Shown here: positions 10,823 to 20,709 of the stretch, piece after piece
How the letters are laid out: each line of letters starts with the position of its first letter
How positions within the stretch are numbered: position 1 is the first letter of the stretch
Source of the DNA: an uncultured Alphaproteobacteria bacterium
GTDB taxonomy: Bacteria > Pseudomonadota > Alphaproteobacteria > RF32 > CAG-239
Direction: 5' to 3'
DNA length: 64,000 nt
Assembly (NCBI GenBank): GCA_944390275.1
Contig: CALXPL010000007.1
Location: 29,595 to 93,594, forward strand
Translations under genes and position numbers: made by a program
The notes under the pieces: model-generated
What the model was told of the DNA's origin: nothing
Database searches by the model: none
Seen by the model: only the letters and a program-made list of their open reading frames with translations

Positions 10823-11825
10823 ACAATCCGCCGTTTTTAAGATAATCGTTTTCTTCGCGATTTATCTGAAGAGTGCTATATTGACCAAAATTTCTCTCAA
10901 AGATTTCCCCATAATTACCGATTTTAGCCAAAGCCATTTTAACCCAGTCGGGACGAAGACCAAACTGGTTCCATAATTTAGGATTAGCCCCAAGAAGATT
11001 TCTTTGAGAAGAATTTTTCAAGCCGATTTGCACCTTGATATTTTGAGAATTAATGCCATACATTTCCGCTAACTGAAGTGAGTTAATAATCCAACGAGCG
11101 ATAGATTGAAATTTAGGATTATCGCGAGCGACCAAGACATAAACAGGTTTAAGAGCTAAGTAGTCGGGAATAATTTTGACATCAGGATTGTCTTGAAAAT
11201 GTTTTTCCCAGACACCTTGTAAATAGATTTTATTACCGGTAAGCATTTGGCATCTGTTTAAGAGGAATGCTTGTTTTGCGCGTAATTCGGAATTAAAGGT
11301 AAGCATTTTTAAATTGAGGTCATGCTTATTGCTGAATTCTTCGACATTATTTGCGTCATTTGAGCCGGCAACAACACAGACCATTGCATTTTTGTAATCT
11401 TCCAGAGAATTAGATTGAGAAATTTGTCGAGCAAGAAAAATTTGTTTGTCATAATAGAGAACAGCGGCAGGGACGGCTTTTCCGCGAGCTTCTGCAGAAG
11501 CAGCCAAAGTTTGTCCTCCGAGCATAACATCGACTTGTCCGGTAGTTAGAGCATTTCCGGCTTGATCAGCACGGACATCAACCATTTGAAACTTATTAGT
11601 ATCGCCCAAAATAGCGGCGGCAAATGCTTTACAAATATCGACATCAAAACCTTTCCACATACCGTTTTCATCTTGAGAAGCAAAGGCGGGGGCATCGAGA
11701 TTTGTACCACACAAAACTTTTCCGCGAGAATTAATATAACGCAATCCGGCATCGGGGTTGATAGCAAGAGCGTTATGTGTAAGAAAAAAGCAACTAAAGA
11801 GCAATGTCGAAAGAATAAGTTTCAT
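10800..11825 (-). CDS. General L-amino acid ABC transporter substrate-binding protein (AapJ/BztA-like)
   Basis: GFDVDICKAFAAAILGD, GNYGEIFERNFG and NGGL...P motifs; signal peptide. Confidence 0.85.
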   Translation of the reverse strand: MKLILSTLLFSCFFLTHNALAINPDAGLRYINSRGKVLCGTNLDAPAFASQDENGMWKGFDVDICKAFAAAILGDTNKFQMVDVRADQAGNALTTGQVDVMLGGQTLAASAEARGKAVPAAVLYYDKQIFLARQISQSNSLEDYKNAMVCVVAGSNDANNVEEFSNKHDLNLKMLTFNSELRAKQAFLLNRCQMLTGNKIYLQGVWEKHFQDNPDVKIIPDYLALKPVYVLVARDNPKFQSIARWIINSLQLAEMYGINSQNIKVQIGLKNSSQRNLLGANPKLWNQFGLRPDWVKMALAKIGNYGEIFERNFGQYSTLQINREENDYLKNGGLFNPLPFL

Positions 11826-11884
11826 TTTATTAACCAATTTGTGTTAAACTAAAATAAATTAAGCACATAATAAGGCATTTTTTT

Positions 11885-12550
11885 ATGAAAAGTAAGTATT
11901 TTTTACAAGTTATCATATTTTGTTTTGCAGTTTTTTTTACAACGACGGCAAAAGCCGAACTTTTAAATTCTAAAGAGGCAAGAGAATGGGCGGAAGCTAA
12001 AGGAGAACAACTGTTACAAGCCTTTTCGGTTCAAAATATTTCAACGAAATATGCACTTTTAGATGAGCTTTTTTTAAATTATGTTGATTTAGATTATGTT
12101 GGACAATTTGTGGTTGGAAAATATTGGAAGGTAATGACACAAGAGCAACAACTTGAGTATCGAGAGTTATTTCGTCGTTATGCGTTAGGAGCCTATAAGA
12201 GTTTTCCGTTAGCATTTAATTACAAAATAAATTTTCAAATATTAAAAGCCTACGTAAACGGAAGTAATGCGGACGTAACGGCGCAACTTCATTTTGAAGG
12301 ATTGCCGGAGAATGATGCTTTACAGAATATCTTATTGGGATTTAAGTTGCACAAAGGGTTAGATGGAATAAAGATTCGCGATTTAATCTTGGGAGAGAGT
12401 AGTCTGATATTGTCCTATCGCCAAAAGTTTTACCAAATGATAGCGGCAGATGATGGGGAAATAGAGTGGTTTTTAGAAGATTTTCGCATTCAAATAGAGG
12501 CGATGGAAAGGACAAATGAACTTCGCGAAGAAGGGGAATATCCCTATTAA
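11885..12550 (+). CDS. MlaC/Ttg2D-family phospholipid-binding periplasmic protein
   Basis: Signal peptide; VDLDYVGQFVVGKYW...Q...Y..LF and IRDLILGESSLILSYRQKF patterns. Confidence 0.8.
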   Translation: MKSKYFLQVIIFCFAVFFTTTAKAELLNSKEAREWAEAKGEQLLQAFSVQNISTKYALLDELFLNYVDLDYVGQFVVGKYWKVMTQEQQLEYRELFRRYALGAYKSFPLAFNYKINFQILKAYVNGSNADVTAQLHFEGLPENDALQNILLGFKLHKGLDGIKIRDLILGESSLILSYRQKFYQMIAADDGEIEWFLEDFRIQIEAMERTNELREEGEYPY

Positions 12551-12638
12551 GATTAAAATGTAAAAAAAGGTTGAATTTATAAGGCAAAACATCTATTATC
12601 CACAATAGTTTTTTTTTATGCTGAAGTGAGATAATAAA

Positions 12639-13961
12639 ATGAGCAATATAAAAGTAAGATTCGCCCCCAGTCCGACAGGGTTTATGCACATAGGGAATAC
12701 GCGCACGGCGTTATTTAATTGGTTGCTGTCAATAAAGTTAGGCGGCAAGTTCATGTTAAGAATAGATGATACGGACACCTTACGTTCAAAAGCGGAATAT
12801 GAAGCGGCGATAAGAGATGCGTTAGAATGGTTAGGAATAAGCTGGAGCGAGGAGGCTCGCCAATCCGCACGAGTTGAAAGGTATAAAGAAGTAACAGAAA
12901 AGTTAAAATCCGAGGGAAGAATATATGCCTGCTATGAAACGCCTGAAGAATTGGAATTCATGCGTAAAAGACTATTGAATAAAGGGCTTCCTCCGATTTA
13001 TGACAGACAAGCTCTAAAGTTAACTCAAGAACAAAAAAGCAAATATGAAGCAGAGGGAAGGCGTCCGCACTACCGTTTTAAGCTAACGGACGGAGATATT
13101 GTTTGGAACGATTTAGTTCGAGGCGAGTGCCGTTATTCGGAAAAGAATTTAAGCGATCCGATAATAATAAGAGAAGACGGCAGCTTTTTGTATCACTTGC
13201 CGTCAGTAATAGATGATGCGGATTTTGGAATTACGCACATTGTACGAGGAGAAGATCACGTTACCAATACGGCAGCACAAATTCAAATGTTTGAAGCAGT
13301 AGGCGGAAAGATACCGACATTTGCTCATCTTCCGCTTTTGACGGGAAAAGAAGGAAAATTATCAAAACGATTAGGCAGCCTTGGCGTTAAAGAACTGCGA
13401 GCCGAAGGAGTCGAACCTATGGCGATATGTTCTTTCTTGGCCAAATTAGGAACATCGGATTCGATAGAACCTTATTATAGCTTTGAAGATTTGGCAGCGA
13501 CATTAGATTTTGGTAAAATAGGTCGAGCCCAACCAAAGTTTGATGAAGAAGAATTAAAGCATTTTAATCTTCATGTTGTTCACGCTATGCCCTATTCGGT
13601 AGTTAAACAACGTTGTCAGGTAAGCGAAGAATTTTGGAATGCTGTTCGTGGCAATTTGGAAAAAGTTTCGGATATTGAAACATGGTCGGAAGTATGCAAC
13701 GGAGAAATTACTCCGGTCATTGAAGATAAAGAGCTTTGCGAGCAAAGCGCAGAGTTATTGCCACCGGAACCATGGAATGAAAATACATTTAATGAATGGC
13801 TGACAGCCGTTAAAGCGGCTAGCGGAAAGAAAGGCAAAGAATTATTTCATCCGCTGAGAAAAGCCTTAACAGGTTTAGAAAATGGTCCGGAATTAAAGAT
13901 ATTATTGCCGTTTATCGGTAGAACAAAAGCCGCAAAGAGATTAAAAGGTGAAAAAGCCTAA
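12639..13961 (+). CDS. gltX: Glutamate--tRNA ligase
   Basis: VRFAPSPTGFMHIGN (HIGH), RIDDTD, IVRGEDH, KLSKR (KMSKS-like). Confidence 0.96.
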   Translation: MSNIKVRFAPSPTGFMHIGNTRTALFNWLLSIKLGGKFMLRIDDTDTLRSKAEYEAAIRDALEWLGISWSEEARQSARVERYKEVTEKLKSEGRIYACYETPEELEFMRKRLLNKGLPPIYDRQALKLTQEQKSKYEAEGRRPHYRFKLTDGDIVWNDLVRGECRYSEKNLSDPIIIREDGSFLYHLPSVIDDADFGITHIVRGEDHVTNTAAQIQMFEAVGGKIPTFAHLPLLTGKEGKLSKRLGSLGVKELRAEGVEPMAICSFLAKLGTSDSIEPYYSFEDLAATLDFGKIGRAQPKFDEEELKHFNLHVVHAMPYSVVKQRCQVSEEFWNAVRGNLEKVSDIETWSEVCNGEITPVIEDKELCEQSAELLPPEPWNENTFNEWLTAVKAASGKKGKELFHPLRKALTGLENGPELKILLPFIGRTKAAKRLKGEKA

Positions 13962-13982
13962 AAGGACAAGGAGAGAAAAACA

Positions 13983-15368
13983 ATGGTCGAGATATATTTG
14001 AACAACACATTGACACGTCGGAAAGAAAAGTTTACCCCGATAGATTCGTCTAATGTTCGGATGTATGTCTGTGGCCCGACAGTATATGATAAAGCTCATT
14101 TAGGCAATGCCAAGACACCGGTTTTATTTGATGTTTTGTACCGTCTTTTATGTCATGTTTACGGCAAAGAACACGTTACTTATGTTTCAAATATTACGGA
14201 TGTTGATGATAAAATACTCAACAAACATAAAGAGACCGGAAAACCGATTAGAGAAATAACGCAAGAAACTTATGACTGGTATATTGAGGATATGAAGAAA
14301 TTAAATGTTCTTGATCCGAATTACCGCCCGCGAGCAACGGAATATATCAATGAAATGATAGAATTAGTCAAAAGGCTTCTGGCAAACGGTCACGCTTATG
14401 AAGCGGCAGGTCATGTTTTATTCTCGGTAGATTCGATGCCGAATTATGGCTATTTGTCAGGCAGAAGCATGAAAGAAATGTTAGCGGGAGCGCGCATAGA
14501 AGTAGCGGATTATAAGAAAAATCCGGCGGATTTTGTTCTGTGGAAGCCCTCAGATGCCGATCAACCGGGATGGAACAGTCCTTGGGGATACGGAAGACCG
14601 GGCTGGCATTTGGAATGTTCGGCAATGAGTTCAAAATTGCTTGGCAATGATTTTGATATCCACGGCGGTGGTTCGGATTTGATTTTCCCCCATCATGAAA
14701 ATGAATGCGCACAATCTTGCTGTGCTTATGAGGGTTCAAAATTTGCACATTATTGGGTTCATGGCGGAATGCTGATGGTTGACGGTGTAAAGATGTCTAA
14801 ATCATTAGGAAATTTCTTTACCGTTGACGAGATATTGGCAAAAGTACCGGCAGAAGCCTTAAGATTACTGTTTTTAACAACGCATTATCACCAACCGTTT
14901 AATTTTACCATGGAAGGTTTGACCAATGCCAAATTAACTTTGGATAAATTTTATAATGCGTTAAGAAATGTCAAGGAAGTTGAAGTTAAAGCCGTTGAGC
15001 CGGATGAAAGAGTCGTCCAAGCCTTAGCGGATGATTTGAATACGCCGTTAGCCTTGTCTTATTTGCATGAGATTGTCAATAATCTAAATAAAGCGCAAAC
15101 GGAAGAAGAAAAGATACGTTGCAAATCCTTGTTGTTAAGCAGTGCATCAATGCTTGGTTTATTGTTTCAAGATGCAGAGGCATGGTTTAAAGGTGAAGCA
15201 AAAGCGGATGGTTTAACGGAAGAAGCAATAGAAACGCAAATCAAAGCTCGTGCAGAAGCCAAGAAGAACAAAGACTATGCTTTAGCGGATAAAATCCGCA
15301 ATGAGTTAAAAGAGCAGGGAATTGTTTTGGAAGACACGCCACAAGGCACGACATGGAAAAGGCTGTAA
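13983..15368 (+). CDS. cysS: Cysteine--tRNA ligase
   Basis: MYVCGPTVYD, HLGN, PGWHLECSAM, DIHGGGSDLIFPHHENE, KMSKSLGN. Confidence 0.98.
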   Translation: MVEIYLNNTLTRRKEKFTPIDSSNVRMYVCGPTVYDKAHLGNAKTPVLFDVLYRLLCHVYGKEHVTYVSNITDVDDKILNKHKETGKPIREITQETYDWYIEDMKKLNVLDPNYRPRATEYINEMIELVKRLLANGHAYEAAGHVLFSVDSMPNYGYLSGRSMKEMLAGARIEVADYKKNPADFVLWKPSDADQPGWNSPWGYGRPGWHLECSAMSSKLLGNDFDIHGGGSDLIFPHHENECAQSCCAYEGSKFAHYWVHGGMLMVDGVKMSKSLGNFFTVDEILAKVPAEALRLLFLTTHYHQPFNFTMEGLTNAKLTLDKFYNALRNVKEVEVKAVEPDERVVQALADDLNTPLALSYLHEIVNNLNKAQTEEEKIRCKSLLLSSASMLGLLFQDAEAWFKGEAKADGLTEEAIETQIKARAEAKKNKDYALADKIRNELKEQGIVLEDTPQGTTWKRL

Positions 15369-15372
15369 GAAC

Positions 15373-15774
15373 ATGGAAGAGTATGAACAACAAGTCTTAG
15401 AATGCCATAAGGCGATGGAGGTGGCGGTTTCCGAGCCGTATAGTGTTAATTTGCTGGAATTAAGACAACGTCTTTTACATGAAGAAATGAAAGAATTAGA
15501 TGTTGAATTTAACTCTTTAATTGAAGAATTGCAAAAGACAGGCAAGACCACTCATGAGACAAGAGTAAGAATGTTAAAAGAACTGGCAGATTTGCAGTAT
15601 GTATTAAGCGGGATGGTGGTTGCGTTGGGGCTACCGATGCAAGAGGCATTTAAGCGTGTACATCAAAGCAATATGTCCAAGTTGGTTGATGGAAAGCCCT
15701 TAAAGCGTGCTGATGGAAAATTTTTAAAGGGTCCGAATTACAAGCCGCCGTTTCTTGATGATTTATTGGAGTAA
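15373..15774 (+). CDS. MazG-like/PRA-PH-like nucleoside triphosphate pyrophosphohydrolase
   Basis: LLHEEMKE, LKELADLQYVLSG, VHQSNMSK...RADGKFLKGPNYKPP. Confidence 0.88.
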   Translation: MEEYEQQVLECHKAMEVAVSEPYSVNLLELRQRLLHEEMKELDVEFNSLIEELQKTGKTTHETRVRMLKELADLQYVLSGMVVALGLPMQEAFKRVHQSNMSKLVDGKPLKRADGKFLKGPNYKPPFLDDLLE

Positions 15775-15809
15775 AAAAAACACCTCTGATATAGGAAAAT
15801 TCAGAGGTG
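15775..15809 (-). terminator. Intrinsic terminator for the Cys-rich gene pair
   Basis: CACCTCTGA/TCAGAGGTG stem with a U-tract on the minus strand. Confidence 0.75.
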
Positions 15810-15843
15810 AAATTCGGAAAGAAACATCAAGAGCAATATGATA

Positions 15844-16632
15844 TTAAATTTTCATTACTGGGCGAACGTAATAATAAGAGCTATCCCAATATGTTTTGCT
15901 AAGTTGAGCCAAATAACAGTTAGGACTAGAATTATCAAATACCCAAGCATATTCTGCATCTACTTCTGACGATGACCAAAAATTTGTAAGAGTTGGAGGA
16001 CATAACGAAATAGAACTTGTCTTTGAAAATCCAACGTTAATATCACTGGCATATTTAATTGCTGTTCCCCAAATACCCGCTGATGGCAAACACCATTTTC
16101 CTTTGGTATTTTCTGCTCCCTCAGGGGCATAATTCTTGGCTGCCGCTGCCGCAGGATATTTCGATTCGCCTAAGGCTAACATGGCTTCTGTATTCTCGCA
16201 ACTGTTCAAATCACTTCCCGCAGTAAGAGATGATTCAAAATTTGTAATACCAGGAACATCAACCCTTTCCGTTGACCATTTACCAGCACTTAAATAAGAT
16301 AAGGCCATAATCCATTTTTCATGTGTAATTACATCATCATAAACAACAATTCCGATAGGAATACGTCCTGAAACTAATTCTTTTATGCAAGTCCCATCAT
16401 GATAATAAATAGAACCGTAGGTACAATCGGGGTTGTCAGATCCAAAATTGCAGCTTTCAGTTTTACAAGCCCATTTATCGCCAAACGGACATTTGATGCC
16501 GCCGTTTTCACAAGAGGTTTCAGTATAACCTAAACTTGCACAGTCTTGTGTCGCAACGCATTGTGCCAAAACATTGCCCACCGCAAAAGGAGCCGTTAAT
16601 AAAACCGAAGTCAATAAAGTAAATTTTCTCAT
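15844..16632 (-). CDS. Secreted Cys-rich protein with C-terminal DUF1566/C-type-lectin-like domain
   Basis: AAAGGAG RBS before ATG at 16632; signal peptide; N-terminal QDCASLGYTETSC..KCPF module; C-terminal WCLPS..., FWSSSE...AW...VRPV. Confidence 0.75.
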   Translation of the reverse strand: MRKFTLLTSVLLTAPFAVGNVLAQCVATQDCASLGYTETSCENGGIKCPFGDKWACKTESCNFGSDNPDCTYGSIYYHDGTCIKELVSGRIPIGIVVYDDVITHEKWIMALSYLSAGKWSTERVDVPGITNFESSLTAGSDLNSCENTEAMLALGESKYPAAAAAKNYAPEGAENTKGKWCLPSAGIWGTAIKYASDINVGFSKTSSISLCPPTLTNFWSSSEVDAEYAWVFDNSSPNCYLAQLSKTYWDSSYYYVRPVMKI

Positions 16633-16646
16633 TTCTTTTCTCCTTT

Positions 16647-17684
16647 CTAATCGAGGCAATAAACATAATTGGTATTGAACGGACATTTTACGGATGAGCC
16701 TTCACAGCTTTGTTGCGCATAGCCCAAAGCCGAACAATCTTGACTTAACGTGCAGAAATCAAAGCCGGAACAAACACATGCCCCTTGCGAAGCATTCCAT
16801 GTAAAACCGTTTGCACATTTACATTTAGCATATTTGTTGTCGCAAGAATTCCCATCTCCTCCCGAATACCCCGTGCCGGAGCAGGAATATTTGAAAGAAG
16901 TGGCACAAACACATTTCTTTTGCGAGGAACTCCATTCATAATTATTGGGACAGTTGCATTGAGTGTAAGAAGTGCCGTAATCATCGGAACAGGTACTTCC
17001 GCTTCCGCCTTGTGTGCCACAAGATGAGCCGGAAACATATTTTTGCGGGTCGCATTTAATTTTATATTTTTTGCCGTTGCACGATTGACATTCGCCGTTG
17101 CTCACATAACCCGACGGAATAGAGGTATATTTATAATCAGAACAGAGATTACAACATTCTTTATATTTACCGCCGCAGGAAGTCCCGACACCTTTCTCTC
17201 CAATAGACGTACCGCAAACTTGATTATATTCGGAAGAACATTCACAATCGGAATGATAAGAACTGTCATAAGGACAATAAGAAGACGGCTTACTACCTTC
17301 AGGACAAGGTGTATTGGTATAACCGGCTTGTTTACAAAGTTCTTCGGGTGTCCCGTGGTCATCAGGTTTTCCCCCGCCGCCATTTCCTCCGTTAGGGCTT
17401 TCAAGATTACCAAACCTGTCTTCCGAACAATTCCTAGTATCGGTAATAAAACACACCGAAGCGACTTTTTGTTCTTCTCCCGAACTGCTTAAATCATCAA
17501 AAAGGCGTGATGATAAATCAAGTCTTTGAAGAGTATGGCGTATGTGTGTGTGATGTGTGTGTAAAGTTTGGATGCCAGACTTTGGGGCGGATAAAGGTAT
17601 TTGTTCCGACGCATAAGTTAAATTTCCATTGTCAACAAATAAGCTGACAGCAGACAGTAATATGGTTTTTGAAATACTGTTCAT
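16647..17684 (-). CDS. Secreted Cys-rich repeat protein
   Basis: AAGGGG RBS; signal peptide; dense Cys/Gly/Ser/Tyr repeats, two C.C...(Y/F).W..SQ..CVC units, terminal QDCSALGY..SC..KCPF module. Confidence 0.75.
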   Translation of the reverse strand: MNSISKTILLSAVSLFVDNGNLTYASEQIPLSAPKSGIQTLHTHHTHIRHTLQRLDLSSRLFDDLSSSGEEQKVASVCFITDTRNCSEDRFGNLESPNGGNGGGGKPDDHGTPEELCKQAGYTNTPCPEGSKPSSYCPYDSSYHSDCECSSEYNQVCGTSIGEKGVGTSCGGKYKECCNLCSDYKYTSIPSGYVSNGECQSCNGKKYKIKCDPQKYVSGSSCGTQGGSGSTCSDDYGTSYTQCNCPNNYEWSSSQKKCVCATSFKYSCSGTGYSGGDGNSCDNKYAKCKCANGFTWNASQGACVCSGFDFCTLSQDCSALGYAQQSCEGSSVKCPFNTNYVYCLD

Positions 17685-17778
17685 CACATCCCCCTTGTTT
17701 ATCATCACGACTCTAATATAACATATTCTTTCGCTGTTTGCAATGCATATTTTTGATAAACATAGAGAAAAAAGACAT

Positions 17779-17803
17779 AAAAAAACCTCCCGAAAGGGAG
17801 GTT
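17779..17803 (-). terminator. Intrinsic terminator after MBOAT gene
   Basis: AACCTCCC-gaaa-GGGAGGTT with a minus-strand U-tract. Confidence 0.8.
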
Positions 17804-17819
17804 AAGAAAATGAAGATAC

Positions 17820-19226
17820 TTAAAATCGAAAATAAATAAAGGGATTATAAGTACTTGCCGCAAGGGAAATCGTTGATAAGAAGAACAGAATGAAAAGCCA
17901 AATATTAATCGCAGAGCGAAGCACTTTTCTTTCATATTTAACATTAAGTATATTCCGCATTAAAGGTAGTGACAAAGCAAATCCCACCAATAAAGCAATC
18001 AAAAACTTATAATTCAAGCCATAATCAAAATTAGGAAGGTTATGGTTATCAATAATCCCAAACATAACTTGAATATACTCACAAGCATAAGTAACGGTCG
18101 GTGAACGAAAGATAACCATTCCCAAACCAACGGCTAAAAGAGCATAAATATGGCGAAAGACAAGAAAATACCATTTTTTTATTTCATCTTTTCCCCATCC
18201 AAGAGCTTTTTCGATAACAATAAACAAAGCGTTCCAAGCACCCCAAGTAAAATAAACCCAACTTGCGCCATGCCAAATACCCGTAGCCAAAAAAACAAGA
18301 ATTAAATTGAGATAAGTTCTCTTTTTTCCTTTACGGTTGCCGCCTAAAGGAATGTAAAGATATTGTTTAAACCAGGTTGAGAGGGAGATATGCCATCTCT
18401 GCCAAAATTCTCCGATTGATTTTGAAATGTAGGGATAATTAAAGTTTTCCATAAATTTAAATCCAAACATTAACCCCAAACCGATAGCCATATCCGAATA
18501 GCCGCTAAAATCATAATAAAGTTGCAAGATATATGCTAAAGCGCCAATCCAGGCAATTCCTTGACTGAGGAGTTCGGTATCTTGAGCAAATACCTTATCG
18601 GCGACAACGGCTAAAGTATTCGCAAGCAAGACCTTTTTAGCCAATCCCATGATAAAGCGTTTGAAACCGATAATAACATTTTCAAATTTAACTTTACGAT
18701 TATCAATTTGATCGCAAACATCGTGATATTTGACAATAGGTCCGGCAACTAACTGAGGAAATAACACGATATATAAAGCAAGTTTGTAAATATCTTTTTG
18801 AGCTTTGACTTCACGACGATAGACATCAATCAGATAAGACATGGCTTGAAAAGTATAAAAAGAAATACCGATAGGCATAATCACATCAATAAAGTCAAAG
18901 TTGGTATTGAAAAGATTGTTAGCATTATCAACGATAAAGTTGAAATATTTGAAATAAATCAAGAAACCGAGGTTGACACAAATTGTTGCGACTAAAATAA
19001 GTTTTCTCTTTTTGCGGTTAAAAAAGCGAGCCATTTCGATAGCCCCGACATAATTGACAAGGATAGTCAAAATCATAATAGCCAAATAACGAGGTTCACC
19101 CCAAGCATAAAAGAGGATACTTGCGATAAGTAAAACATAGTTACGAATTTCTTTTTTCGAAAGCCCATAGATAGTAATAACCAAGGGCATAAAGACAAAT
19201 AAAAAGGTCATAGAACTAAAAAGCAT
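17820..19226 (-). CDS. MBOAT O-acyltransferase (AlgI/PatA/DltB-like)
   Basis: MLFSS..FL..F start, PIGISFYTFQAMSY, FPQLVAGPIV, YDFSGYSDMAIG, FWQRWHISLS, GIWHGA, C-terminal FIYFRF. Confidence 0.95.
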   Translation of the reverse strand: MLFSSMTFLFVFMPLVITIYGLSKKEIRNYVLLIASILFYAWGEPRYLAIMILTILVNYVGAIEMARFFNRKKRKLILVATICVNLGFLIYFKYFNFIVDNANNLFNTNFDFIDVIMPIGISFYTFQAMSYLIDVYRREVKAQKDIYKLALYIVLFPQLVAGPIVKYHDVCDQIDNRKVKFENVIIGFKRFIMGLAKKVLLANTLAVVADKVFAQDTELLSQGIAWIGALAYILQLYYDFSGYSDMAIGLGLMFGFKFMENFNYPYISKSIGEFWQRWHISLSTWFKQYLYIPLGGNRKGKKRTYLNLILVFLATGIWHGASWVYFTWGAWNALFIVIEKALGWGKDEIKKWYFLVFRHIYALLAVGLGMVIFRSPTVTYACEYIQVMFGIIDNHNLPNFDYGLNYKFLIALLVGFALSLPLMRNILNVKYERKVLRSAINIWLFILFFLSTISLAASTYNPFIYFRF

Positions 19227-19228
19227 GC

Positions 19229-20554
19229 TTAAATCTCCGGAGCATTGAGAACTTTTAAGCGGTCAAGAAGACGCTCTGTCGTTTGAATAATAAAGATATC
19301 AGGTTTTTGATTTAAAATGTCCTCTGCCATAAACGAGACATCGAAATCACGTCCGTATCCGGTATAGATATGTTGAAAGATACCAAAACTTTCGGCCATA
19401 TACCAATTCATTCGCAAGGTAAAACTATCGCCATAGATAACGGCATTAAGTTTTTTTGATTTATCACTATTGATGAAATCAAAAGTTTCAATACGACGCT
19501 CATCATCAAGGAAAGTGTGGGTAACGGAAGTTTTGGGATTTTTGACATTAAAGACATCATAAATCAAATCTTCTTTTGGGAAAGTATCATAAGCATTGAC
19601 ACCGAGAGCAGAGGCGATATCGACATCGGCTTCAAGTTTAGGAACAATATTAAAATCAGATTCTTTCATAATATAAAGGGAAGGAAAATCTTGTTTAATA
19701 CGTTTCATAAGTTTCGTATAAGCGACAAAAGCCCCGCGGTGATTCCAATGAGTTCCTGTTTTATAATAAAGGATATGATCTTTTTTGGCTTTCATGAGTT
19801 CATCATAAGCATAGACGACGGGTACATTAACATTATGACGAATATAATCATAAGTTTGTTGAATGCGTGAAAGTTCTTGTACTTTATCATAACCCTCGGG
19901 ATAATATTCAGGGTAAATGCGTTCTTTGTCAGGATTTATCAGCACATAAAATTTGATTCCGTTTTTCTGAGCCCATTTATTGACAGTTTCAAGATTTTGT
20001 TTTATTTCGGCTAATTCTTCCTCGGAGTAAAGATTTTTATTTTGAAAAGTTTCAACGGAATTCCAACGTTTTGTAAACAGCCAGTTTTCTTTTCCGGCCA
20101 TGGCGGTAGCATTTTTAAGATTACGGTCAATGAGACGTGAAATTTTGCTATGAATATTAATAAAGAAGTCGCGATTATTAAAGTGATCGTTGAACCAACT
20201 TTCAAAGTCGCGTCCGTAATTGAAATTAATTTTTCCGTTTTCGATTAACGGTTTATATTTTGCGAGATTGCGGTTTTCCTGAACGGAAACAAGCTCATGA
20301 TTAATATGGGAGGCCGGATAATACATAAAGGCGAGGACGCAGACGACAAAGACAATATCAATACGCGAATTTTTTTCGATAATTTTGAATTGAGCAAGAT
20401 AGTTAACGATTTTATACATGGCAAAAAAGCCCAAGGACAAGAAAATAACAAACATTTTCCAGTCAAAACTGTTCCAACCTTCGGGACAATAAAAGCGATA
20501 GGCCCAAACGAGAATAAGGCAGGTTAGTAGTATGGTGATAATTAAACGTTTCAT
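19229..20554 (-). CDS. AlgJ/AlgX-like (SGNH/DHHW) periplasmic O-acetyltransferase partner
   Basis: Two TM helices, GKENWLF, PDKERIYPEYYP, YYKTGTHWN..GA and YGDSF; directly upstream of the MBOAT gene. Confidence 0.85.
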   Translation of the reverse strand: MKRLIITILLTCLILVWAYRFYCPEGWNSFDWKMFVIFLSLGFFAMYKIVNYLAQFKIIEKNSRIDIVFVVCVLAFMYYPASHINHELVSVQENRNLAKYKPLIENGKINFNYGRDFESWFNDHFNNRDFFINIHSKISRLIDRNLKNATAMAGKENWLFTKRWNSVETFQNKNLYSEEELAEIKQNLETVNKWAQKNGIKFYVLINPDKERIYPEYYPEGYDKVQELSRIQQTYDYIRHNVNVPVVYAYDELMKAKKDHILYYKTGTHWNHRGAFVAYTKLMKRIKQDFPSLYIMKESDFNIVPKLEADVDIASALGVNAYDTFPKEDLIYDVFNVKNPKTSVTHTFLDDERRIETFDFINSDKSKKLNAVIYGDSFTLRMNWYMAESFGIFQHIYTGYGRDFDVSFMAEDILNQKPDIFIIQTTERLLDRLKVLNAPEI

Positions 20555-20709
20555 AATATATCCGAAAAAAATTAATAAGGCGAATAAACAAGACAGTTTT
20601 AAATAATCTGAGGCGAGATGTCAATTAACTTTAGAGAGTTATTCTTTAGAGTTTGTTAACCAGATTGGAATATAAAACAAGAGGGAAACAACAGAATAAG
20701 GAATGCAAC

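Noticed and set aside
12596-12604. Perfect DnaA box TTATCCACA upstream of gltX
   Set aside because: It is a single box with no cluster or DUE, so a chance occurrence is plausible; not an origin.
15844-17708. Complete DGR
   Set aside because: No reverse transcriptase, accessory gene or template repeat seen in the window.
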